Source: Takakia lepidozioides (taxonomy: Eukaryota > Plantae > Bryophyta). Taken from it: a stretch of 64,000 bases of DNA. Where the stretch lies: the NCBI GenBank assembly GCA_030704615.1, contig CM060732.1, positions 69,440,001 through 69,504,000 of the forward strand, written 5' to 3'. Below, piece by piece: positions 32,954 to 44,200 of the stretch. Every line of letters begins with the position of its first letter. Positions within the stretch are counted from its first letter, which is position 1. The translations under genes were made by a program, and so were the position numbers. Under the pieces are notes generated by a model that saw only the letters and a program-made list of their open reading frames with translations, was not told the DNA's origin and searched no databases.

Positions 32954-34805
32954 CTGTCGTGGTGAGCTTGTCAGTACCTTTGTCTCCTGTCACTGTCTGT
33001 TCCCTGGAATCCAATCTCTCACAGAAGTCTTCATGAGGAACCGAAATTCTTGGCAAGCTTTGACCCTGGGTAAGCCATGTTCGAGGTATGATGTGAGGGG
33101 TATTCCCTCAGTAAGTCATCTTGTGCCGTTCTCTGTGGCTGGGCTTCAAGAGGCGATGAACTCTAGAGCTCCGTCCTTTGTCTGTTTAGCAACTATTGCA
33201 GCAAAATTACCGAGGTTTGAAGCCTGTGTCAAGGATGATTGTGCCCAGATCATATCAATGGGCCAAGAGCTGATTGATTGAACTCGAGGAAAACTTCTTG
33301 GGTTGAAGTGACAAGGCTGGTGAGGAATGTGTAGGGAATGGAGTTGTACCCAGAATTTCAAAGCATTTTGACATCAAGGTTCTTACCAATTCTCGATTTG
33401 GGATATGTCATGGGCCATTCTAATTATCAGTTTCGCCATCAAGCAGGTGGGTTCTCATTATTCGCCCCTGTACTCTGCCCTGGTTGTGCTGCATCAAAGA
33501 GTTTGGAGACGTGCAAATAGCCCTTGGACGCCTCATAAGGATGGATAGCTTGTTATATTGAAGACAACAAGTTCACCCATGCGTTGACTAAAACATCCCA
33601 TGAAGGTGGGAATTCAAGTGCTATACAATGTGGCAGGAACTCACAATAAAATACTTCCCATCTCATCAAGGGTTGCATACAGGGAGGGAAGGGGTTTGGT
33701 GAAACCCTTTTGTGTGATGGACGTGCAAGAGATGTTGGCATTTTTCAAAGGCCCCGCTTTTGATAATGTGTTAATTATGCATTTGCAGGCTCATTACAGT
33801 GTGCTCCTTAGAACATTGCCTATATTCTGTCACCTTTCACTCTTGTTCCACAAGAAAGAATCAAAGACAGAGTGAAGCCAGAAGCAGAGACCAAACGCAA
33901 CTACTGCCCAAGGGATTGCTTTCCTTTTGTCCCATAAGCTCTTCATGCTTTCTGCTGACGATATTATGGAAGCTCTTGAAAACTTGGTAACATGCATGTA
34001 CTTGCTATCTATACTCTGTTTCAAGTATGTTGAGTTCTTGGTGTGAATCAATTTTAAGCTGGTGTGGATGATGGCTTATAGATTTGAGGGGTCTTAAATG
34101 TTTCGTGTCTTTTCTAGGGCAGCAGGTTGCAAGAGAAGGTCAAAGTATCCAACTTGCTTTGATGTTTGTTGTTGATATTACTTCACAACAGTGGAAGGAT
34201 GCTTTGTTGTGGCTTGGAATTCAGATTAGTTATATCTTGAGTTGAGTTTCAAGCTGGGTCCACTCTCGCAGAATACGGGTCTGGGTCTGCCTTCCCTGGG
34301 GTTGTCCATCTTCTCATTTTCCTACGACATGCCACATGGAGCGATGTGGGCCGTGCCCATTGTGGACAAGAGGGATGATTTGCCTTGGCTTACAGTGGGT
34401 TGGTGTCTTTGTTGCTTTTCACAGTGGTTTCATGTACTGAGCTTGGGCCGCGCTGCAGCAGCAATTGGATATTCTATTGCTAGTAAATTTTGTTTCATAG
34501 CTGTCTGAGCCAAGAAGAAAACTGAAGGTGAAATGCTCTGTAAAAGCTCAGTTTTTATGGACACATTGACCTTTTGTGGCATCCCTTTACTTCTCATAAT
34601 CAACCAAACTCGTCTGATTTTTTTGGTAGAATGTTCGGATGTGAGGTGTTTGGTTGGATGTTGAGCAAAATTGGTTGAGGATTAAATTTAATCTGAGCTG
34701 CACAGCAAAAGTCACGGTCAGCTTAAAAGGTAGTGAGAGAAAAACTTGGTTGTCTATGCAGGTTAGGGTTCTGATTTCATGGGATGTCAAGGAAATACCT
34801 ATAAC

Positions 34806-35100
34806 AACATAAGCAGGAGATGCCCCTCTCGGTCAGCAAATTCGAAAAGCACAACACAGGACCAGCCTGCAAATAAATAGCAGTTGAACCCCATGCACAT
34901 ATGGGGCCGATAGCAAAGCAGAAAATTTACTTGCATGTCTTCTTGAGCTTAGGTACTACGAGCAAAGCTCATGTCCAATCAGTCCTACTAGCCAGTGGGG
35001 AAGTTGCACCACCTAACAGTCAACATTGGTGTTCCCATATGCCAAAAGCCCTCAGCCTGGCCCTGCCTATCTTACACTGTCCGGTTATCCTGTGCTGACA
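34806..35100 (-). repeat. Copy 1 of a ~300-nt duplicated non-coding element, candidate structured RNA
   Basis: Colinear similarity with 36608-36920 (shared blocks aacataagcaggagatg, aaattcgaaaagcaca, gcacataYggggcc, tgcatgtctt, tcagtcctac, aaaagccctcagcctg); helices can be drawn in both copies. Confidence 0.75.
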
Positions 35101-35800
35101 AGCTGAACTTCCTTTCTGTCTGCCCACTCTTTTAACATGGCAGTTGTAATTACAGTGCAAGCTCTATGCTATTTTGCATTGGGGTAGGGCAATTGGCAAT
35201 CATCTCGTACGCATCTGGGAAGTGGAATCGGGCGTCTCCAGGATTTGTCATGCTGATTATCGTGGGGCCTCCCCTGCATGCTAATTATCTTAAGGCGATC
35301 CGGGAAAACATCACAAATTGTTGCCGGAAAACTGTGGACACCTGCTATTGCTAATGTTGTCTCAGCACACAAGCGACCTCAAGATCATGGTAACTTAATC
35401 TAAATTGTAGAGTAGCTTTCAGCCCAGGAATCAGACTCTACCAATGGACACTACCTTCTGCAATGTATGGCTCGGAAGTCTTGTCAACTTTCCACATTAG
35501 GTCATGAACTATTTACACCGCCCTTGGACTATTCATGATGCTTTCTTTTCTCATGAATCAAGCATGAGACAGGTGTTGAAGTACCAGACTGGTAGAAAGG
35601 ATCTGCTACGGAGAGTTGCCAAGGATGGCACCAGCTTTAACACACAGTCTATGAGCCGCAGTTGCGGTTTCAGACTGGGCCCCACATCCATCTACTTCAT
35701 TCTGTGGCTTTCCTCTTGCTTTCCCTCTCTCTCTCCGTTGAATATAGTAAGTTTCCATTCTCTTCTATTCTCTCTCTCTCACCCTCTCTAATTTGTTACA

Positions 35801-36427
35801 TCTGACTTAGAGGCTGTAGTGTCCTCAGCCATGTCTGTTGCCATGAGATTGTCTGATGAAAATGAAGTTAGGCAGAAAACTTCCCTGAACTTGTTTCCAG
35901 TCTGTGACATGGGGGAGGACATCTTGGATGACCTCAAGGGTCTACCCACTCTCAGCACTAGACTGAAATTTAAACTCAGGGCAGGAAGCCTACCTTTGAA
36001 CAGCAAACAGAAGCAGAGAGGAAAGGGAGAGTGCAATTGCCCATTGTGTGGGCAATCTGAAGACAGTATTCATTTTCTGATACACTGTCCGGGGTTCTCT
36101 CACCAAAGAGACGCTCTCTTCAAATCTATCAAGGGAATTGTGCCTGTACCCCTGTTTACCAACTTTGAAAGTCTCGAGGCCGAGCCAAAAGCCCAGGCCC
36201 TCCTGAGGCCTAGTTTTTGGGCAAATGACACACAGCAGATTGATGCTTGTGTGAAGGGATTTCTAGAGGATATCTGGAAAACCCGGATTAATTCTATATA
36301 TGAAGGTAAGTCTTACTACCAATGTCAGCCCCTGACAGAGGTAGGTTCTGTCCCTTTTGTTCCCGCTCAAACTGGGCGCGGGGTCAATGGCCACAAGGCT
36401 ACGGCAAACAACGTCTTATGAGTACAA
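35801..36427 (+). mobile_element. 5'-truncated non-L1 LINE (RTEX/CR1-group-like C-terminal zinc finger) with a 14-bp TSD
   Basis: Open frame RLKFKLRAGSLPLN..CPLCGQSEDSIHFLIHCP; TSD TCTAATTTGTTACA at 35787-35800 and 36428-36441; ends TTATGAGTACAA with no poly(A). Confidence 0.85.
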
Positions 36428-36607
36428 TCTAATTTGTTACAAGCCAACACCTAGGGAATAAATTTATTGGGGTAAAAAGCCAAAGAATGGAATGCCAATC
36501 CCAAAAGTGGGACTGATAAGAATGCACCTCAGGCGGGAGAAGTGTGGTCGATCTAACTTAACTTCCTTTCAAAACTATGCTACTGGCCGGAAAGAGCAGA
36601 ACCCTAG

Positions 36608-36920
36608 AACATAAGCAGGAGATGGCCAACGAGTGCTCGTCTCTATTAGCGAAATTCGAAAAGCACAGCACACAGGGCCAGCTAGCACCCAAATAGCAAT
36701 TGAATCCCACGCACATACGGGGCCATAGGAAAGCAGAGAAGCACCTGCATGTCTTTTGGAGCACAGTTACTACCAGCCAAGCTTCGTGTCCATTCAGTCC
36801 TACCAGCCATTGGGGGAGAGGTGCAGATAAGGATTGGTGTCCCCAGGTTCCCCATGGAAAAAGCCCTCAGCCTGCCCTTGCCTATACATGTCACTATATC
36901 CGTTTCTCCTGCGTGAACAG
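36608..36920 (-). repeat. Copy 2 of the ~300-nt duplicated non-coding element
   Basis: See copy 1; ends are complementary (GCAGGAGA..TCTCCTGC); begins ~250 nt downstream of the DYW gene stop codon on the same strand. Confidence 0.75.
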
Positions 36921-37168
36921 AATGTAATCTGTAGACCTTGTTCACTTGTGTGATGGCGTGCACTAGGGGATGTGCGGGTCTTCGATGACAGTGTACTTGC
37001 CAAGCAAATTGGACATGGAGTCATACCCTAAACCCTACATAAATGGGCTCAGTCAAAACATTGAGCCTTAACCATTGATAGACTGAGAGGACTTTAGACA
37101 GCTTTCAGGGCATTGACAGGAGACACAAACATCATTTGCATTTATGTTTGATGTTATTAGTTTCATAA

Positions 37169-39927
37169 TCACCAATAATCCCCACAAGAACACACTCCAT
37201 TGTGGAAGTGATGAAAGCGGATGGCATCCCTTGCAACAATTTCTCGACCAACAATCTTGGAGATGAACTTAGTGGCAGTATGGCAATCACCACATACACG
37301 CATGTTCTTCATTATTCGGATAGCAGTTCCAGGTGGGGTGCTGATGAGCCCAAAAGCAATGGCCAGCTTTTCGCTATGGTGACAGAGAGCTAGTTCCTTT
37401 GTATGATGATTCACATCATGCAACACAACGCGTGTATCGGGCACATATCCCGCAGCCTTCATCTGCCTTGCTAATCTCTCCAATTCAGCATAGATCTCCT
37501 CCATTTGTGGGTGTGATCTATCGTCATAAAGGAAAATATGTACCCTGTTCTTTACCTCAATCCAGCTACTCCCTGGTTCCTTCTTCACACCTCTGTCCTT
37601 CATTGCTATTCTTACTTTAGCTATATCATCCCATTTACCAGCTGCAGCATAGATATTTGAAAGCAGCACATACACTGCAGCATTTTCTGGTTCCAACCTG
37701 AGGATACATGCTGCAGCACTTTCTGCCAGCTCCACATTGCCATGGATTCTGCAGGCACTAAGCAAGGCCCCCCACACCGAAGCACCTGGTTCAATTGGCA
37801 TTTTGTTGATAAAGTCCTTTGCCTTGTCCAAGTGTCCTGCTCGACCAAGAAGGTCGACCATGCAGGTACAGTGCTTTGTGTTTGGCGCAATACCGTGATC
37901 TCGATTCATGGAATTGAAGTAATGATGCCCTTCATGCACTAAGCCCACATGACTGCATGCGGAGAGGACACCAATAAAGGTGACTACATCTGGCTTCACC
38001 CCTTCCTGTTTCATCTGTTCATAGAGTTGGAGGGCATCCTTACCACGCCCATGCTGAGCATATCCATTAATCATTGCCGTCCATGAGATCACATCACGTC
38101 GGGGACTTGTTTGAAAGACTTGTCGTGCATCCTCCATACTCCCGCACTTGGCATACATGTCAACAAGGGCATTCCCCACGGGGGCATCTGATTCCAATCC
38201 AGATCTGATAATGAGGGTATGCACCCACTTGCCCTGTTCCAAGGCTGCTAGGCTGGCACATACATTAAGGGTGCTCATAAACGTGACATTGTCTGCCTTT
38301 ATGCCTTCTTGTTGCATTGTCTGGAAGAATTCAAATGCCTCTGCACCATGTCCTAGCTGGGCTAATCCTGCAATCATAGCATTCCATGTGATAACATTCC
38401 GCTTGGGCATTTTGTCAAACACTTTTTGCGCATCTACCACACTCCTGCATTTGCAATACATACTGACAAGTGCATTTCCTACTCTGACATCCAACTCTAA
38501 TCCAGCTTTGATGATGCTTGCGTGGAGTTGCTTGCCATCTTCCAGGGCTGCAGGGACAGAACAAGCATTCAGAATGCTAATGAACGTGACCTTGTCTGCC
38601 TTCACACCTTCTTGATGCATTTGTCGAAACCATTGAAAAGCCTCTGCACCATGCCCTTGCTGAGCTAATCCTGCAATCAATGCGTTCCATGAGATCACAT
38701 CTCGCTTAGGCATTTTGTCAAACACCTGGTGCGCATCCACAACACTCCCACATTTGCTATACATGTTGACAAGGGCATTCCCAACTCCTACATCTGACTC
38801 AAATCCAGTTCGGATGATGACCGCATGGAGCAGCTTGCCCCGTTCTAGGCCTGCTGGGCTTGCACATGCGTTGAGGATGCTCATAAAAGTAACCTTGTCT
38901 GCCTTCATGCCTATTCGTTGCATTTGCCAAAATAGTTCCAGCGCTTCTTCGTCATGCCCTTGCTGAGCTAAGCCTCCAATTATCGCAGTCCATGAGATCA
39001 CATCTCGCTTAGGCATTTTGTCGAACACCTCGCGTCCATCCACCAGACTCCCGCATTTGCAATACATGCTGATAAGGGCATTCCCCACTCCGATGTCTGC
39101 CTGCAATCGGGCTTCGATGACGCCCGCATGGAGCCGCTTGCCCTCTTCAAGAGCTACTGGGCTGGCACATGCGTTCAGGACGCTCATGAAAGTAACCTTG
39201 TTTGGCTCCACGCATTCTCGTTGCATCTCCCAAAACAGTTTCAATGCCTCTTCACCATGTCCTTGCTTAGCTAAGCCTGCAATCATCGTAGTCCATGAGA
39301 TCACGTTCCGTTCAGCCATTTTGTCGAACACTTGACGTGCATCCACCACACTACCGCACTTGCAATACATGCTGACAAGAGTGTTTCCAAGGAAGATGTT
39401 TGGCTCAAACCCACTATTGATAATGTGCTCATGGACACCCTTGCCATCTGCCAGGGCCTTCATCTTAGCATACCCCTGCAAGAGACGAGCACAGGTATCG
39501 GAATATATCCCAAAGCCTCGCTGCTGCATCAGATCCAAAAGGTGCAGTGCCTCCTTCAATCCACCCTCCGTGGCCACTCTGCTCATATCGCCAGTAGTTT
39601 CACAAGTTTCCTTGTTGCTCCTTTCAACCATTGCTGTAGTGTTTCGCTGCCTATGAGAGGCAGTGGTTATGGTGGACGTGCCAACAACCATACCCGTCCT
39701 ACCCACATGCCCAACGAGCAATTGGGTCCGATTCCAGAATTCAAGCCCCACTGCCCTGCATTAGAAACATCCGAACGATGAATTTCAAATGCCGTGGCCC
39801 CTTCGATGCCATTTCTTCACAGTCGCAAAGACTTCCACTAGGAATCCAGACTGTCACACCACAATAAAGACAAGAGGCAGGGAAGTAGAGCATACCGAGC
39901 ACTCCAGACTTTTCTTCGAATGCCCAT
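37169..39927 (-). CDS. PLS-class PPR-E1-E2-DYW protein (organellar C-to-U RNA-editing factor); short exon 1 at 39927-39896, exon 2 at 39755-37169
   Basis: About 17 PLS repeats, PG box [22 protein letters not shown], terminal CSCGDYW. An in-phase GT-AG intron (39895-39756) gives the Arg-rich N-terminus [18 protein letters not shown]. Confidence 0.95.
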
Positions 39928-41295
39928 AGGACGATATCAACTGTTAGATTTTGTGCACAGAGTCGTAGGGATGGGAAGGCATGATGTTGATCATGTTCCT
40001 TTCAGAGCACTCAGTTCAACTGCGAGGAAACGATGATCTTTTTCTTGCGTGGAGTGGGATCCCATTGAGGCAAGCAAGCCTGCGACATACTCCTGGATTC
40101 CTAGCATGCGCCATCGTGAGCAACCTTTCGGAATTATGGTTGTGAATGAACTGAGAATGGAATTGGCCTGCTATGGAGTGAGACGGTCTGGATGTAGAAG
40201 ATGAAGAAAGGAGGCGAAAGGAAAGAAGTTGGCAAGATGGGATCTGTGTGCCCAAGCAGATAAGAACTGATGGAGGAACCCACGTCAGTATGTGGAAGTA
40301 TCTTAAATTTGTCCATGAAGCTTGTTTTCCATCCTTGAATGTCTACTTGAATGTCTACCATTCTACTTTTCCATCCTTGAATGTCTGCAACATACCTGCA
40401 GACAGATCTGACCAATCCTAGAATTCAGGTTCTGTCGACCGGTAGGCTGAAAAGAGCTTCAATCATAACCTATGGGGTTGTAACGTTGTAACTTGTCACG
40501 TTGTAACTTGTATGCCCCTAGTGCACACTAACTGCATGTACAGTTTGGGCTGGAACCTGCAAACTCAGCCATGTTGGCTGCAATTCAAGAGGTATGGAGG
40601 TCAAAGATATTCCTAGTGAGAAGATGTGGTTGAAGTGTCGGGAGCATAATCTTCCCGGATTACAAGTGAAGCCACTGTCACACGCTGTCAAATGAATCCC
40701 CATGAGTGCAAGGTCCTGGAAAGCCTTCACAACCTCCTATACTACACCAAATTGATATGTCCCCCTACTTGAGACTCTCCTACATCTGTTGAGTTAAAAT
40801 TTACTCCTCCAAGAAATTAAGTATCAGCAGCACAGGGATTCAGACAATAAGCACCATAGAAATCAACAAAAATTAAACTTTTGGATAAAACAGATGTAGG
40901 AAACTTAACATTTAGGATCCCACAATTTCGCACTAGCCTATAAACGCTAGCTTGGAAGAATCCATCATTTCCTCGGATCGCAGGCTCCCGGTCAGTGGAG
41001 GTGCTTGCTCCCTGAGACTCCATTTAGAGAAGGGACCAAAGCAGGAGCTGCTTGCATAGCAAAGAAGCCATTAATCCTCTCCGTAACCGTGCGCAGTAGC
41101 CAGTTTTGAAATCAGATCTTGACACGGTCTTTAGTGTGCCTGCATTCAGCCCTTATGACCACCAACCAGAAGTTTGATTGCTTGAACTTGGTCTTGATTT
41201 GAGACATCAATCATGGCCCAAAAAGGTGATCTGCTGAACAGCATCCAGGACTTTTCGAGTACTTCCATATTTAGTCACATAGAAAACTGGTAACA

Positions 41296-44200
41296 TCACC
41301 TCACACGGAATTCACTGGTGTTTAAGTACGGGTAGGGATCAACCCAGGAGGGGTCTTTCTGGACTGCTTCCTTCCACCGCTGGGCAAAAATCTCCAACTC
41401 GTCATGTGATCGTTTCCGGATCTGTTGAATTCACCCCACAGAGGTACAATTCTAAGTTAAGCAGAAACAAAGGACACAGGTTTTGGAGTACTCATACTCA
41501 CTCAACTTGCAGCAAATAAATTTGATCCGCCTTCTGGGGAAACCTCATCTACATTGGGGCATGAGTGAATTTGCCTTTCTCTGGCAAATCCCAACAGGAA
41601 ATCACAGAGGTTCTCTGTTCTGTGCAAAGGTTGTGGAGAGATAATCAGGAATTTTGAGCATTGGCTTCTCTTCTGCTCAAAAGCCAATACAGTCCCACAC
41701 CCTTTCCATTGAGCTATACAGCCATTGGGATCCAACGAGTGAAGTTGGACTCCTCAAAATTCTCTTTGAACTTGCATCATTAGAAGAATGGCAGGGAATG
41801 CGACTGTGACTGCTTCAAAAATTGCCAGATCTAGTCTGGTATAGCAGAATGAGCAGGTCACCTATCTGAGCAGAAGCTAGTTCCAATGCTGATTGCCACC
41901 GGAATATTGGTCCATCCTATGCCAAGCTATCAAGTGTGAAGGAGGATGAATCTAATGGCTTGCAAGGTTTCAAAATACGTGCGGACCACTCACCTACAGA
42001 ATGTTCTGGGGTGCCTGCCATTTCCCAGAAGGGCTCAGAGCAGGAGGGCAACAAAAACAAAAGATTAAAATTCGACGATTCATATTGTGGCAGCAACTGG
42101 TTCACTAAGTCAGAGAGGCATTCCAGGAGTCGACTGTTCTGTCAAGGGCTGAGAAGAAGGCAGCTTGCGGCCATTGGACTCCTTGAGAACATTTTCGACC
42201 TGAGAGATGTCATGTTTGCTTGCTCTAGGCTTGTAATGGACAAGAGAAGAGAAAGAAATTATATGACTCCAGATGGTGTAGAGGAAGGGAGGGTTTTTAA
42301 AGTGCAAACCTCTGTTCGCAGATCAGTTACATTCTGCAAACATACCCACAAGACACCAATAACTTCAGAAATGAAGAGGCACAGGAAAATTTGCCTTGAA
42401 ACCACTAAAAAACAAACTTCATCATTAGAAGCTCCTACCGTGAGATGTCCCTCGCAGGGAAAAGAGCGTGTGTCAAACCTACACGGTAACAAGGAGTGGC
42501 ATGCAAGTCCTACAAAGTAGAAACACACGGCAAATGAGGTAGCAGTAGTGAAGCTACTTACCACAGCACTGCTCTGAGAGGTTGTCATGTTTCCAGATTC
42601 CATTACATTTGCATGTTCATTAGCCGTCTGTCATGCCCGAGTCATCCGACAACACTCCCTTAGACGTACCCTCACTGACAAGACCTATGGGCCACTTCCA
42701 GCCCATTAGGGAAGTTGTAGCAATGGTCACTAGTCAACTCTGCAAAACTGCGTTAATCTTAGACTTGAGGGAAGTGTTGGTCCAGGCTTATTTTCACTAA
42801 AGACCTTTGCTTTGACAAGTTTCCCTTGCTGTTTGTCTTGAGCTGTAAGTCTGCAGTGCCCACTACTACAGAACGTCCCATCAATTGGCAATGATGAACA
42901 TTAATGGGTGGTTCACACAACTTCACAAAACTTTACGCTGAAATCATAAAAAATGAAACACAATGGCTAGTCAAATGAGATGGTGGTACATTACTAGACA
43001 GTAGCAGATTGTTCCCATAGTGATGTTCATGGCCAAGACCAACTATCTGAGGTACGACAACAGGATAACCTGATTAAGCTTACAGTAAGGAAACCTGAAG
43101 AACTACAAAGATAACCCCGATCAAAAAATTCTATTTTGACTTGTTAACATAACCTCAGTGCCTGTAATAAATCCCTGGGAGCATGGAAGTCTGAATGCCT
43201 GCTAGCCAAAAAGTAGTCCATTTTATTGATCTGCTAAAGGCATGATTGATGATAATAGTACTGTGTTAAGAACGCTTAAGGTTTAAATTTGCTTACTCTA
43301 TTGAGAGGAGGACCCCCAAGAGAGGGAATGCCCTGGTGTAAAATGTACTCTGCGTCAATCACTCCCACTTTTTCGCTGCGCTTACCCTGGTGTCATAAGA
43401 CAAGATCCTTCAGCGCCAACTATATAAAGATGAGTTGACAAGCACCATAGATCATCCTATGCTGAGGACTGCTAAAATTTTCGATAGGTAAGTTCCTCTA
43501 TGTAGGCTAGAATGAAGTGTGGATGAGGATAGGCTTCATGGCAGAAACGGGAGAAGAACTTGTATCGACTGTTTGACAGCTCTAATTCGTAATATTAAAA
43601 GGCCCCTTGATTGATCTTCACCGGTCATTGCAGATAACCAATCCTCAGTGGGCTTGCTGGTGCTGTGCTGGTCTAACCATGCGGACAATGTCAGATCTCA
43701 GTTTGCCAAAATGGTCATATGGGAGGCTACAGTGACCTGGCACTCCAGGGAGGCACTAGTTTCTTGGACCCCGAAAGCCAATTTGCTGCCTTCCTAGCCA
43801 AATGATTTCCCCAGAAAACATGAGTCATCAAGCACATAACCCATCCCACAGCACCCACTGGTCCCCATCAGTGCTAGGTAGCTGAGGGTCTGAAATTTCC
43901 ATCCATTATGGGCACAGGGCAGCAGGTCAGAAACTTTTCAACAGAGAGCCCTTGCCCAGAGGATCTGAAAGTGGCCAAATCCCGAGGTAGGCCTCCTCAG
44001 AAACCAGTTTTTCGGGAGAATGCCAGGGATTTTTGGACATATTTCACTAGTAAACTACGAATGCCAAAAGCCAAGGCAGGTGGAGAAAACTACGTCTCCA
44101 CCATCCCCACATGAAGGTCCAATTGCCTTCACTGCACAAAGGGGAAGTTACCTGGACACAATAGCCAAGCTTGAAGTCCATGCCCCAGCCATGAATGAGA

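Noticed and set aside
37025-37037. ACCCTAAACCCTA as a telomerase RNA template
   Set aside because: No USE/TATA promoter, G-rich 5' end or C-rich 3' end with T-run; more simply a telo-box-like motif in the PPR 3' region.
38148-39781. Plus-strand ORFs overlapping the PPR gene, and similar antisense ORFs over B3, RPS10 and Copia
   Set aside because: Shadow frames of the real coding strand.
41936-42520. 194-aa + strand ORF inside a DUF707 intron
   Set aside because: No recognisable domain and a non-ATG start; the opposite strand looks like a decayed LINE remnant (LPSSTPSGVI).
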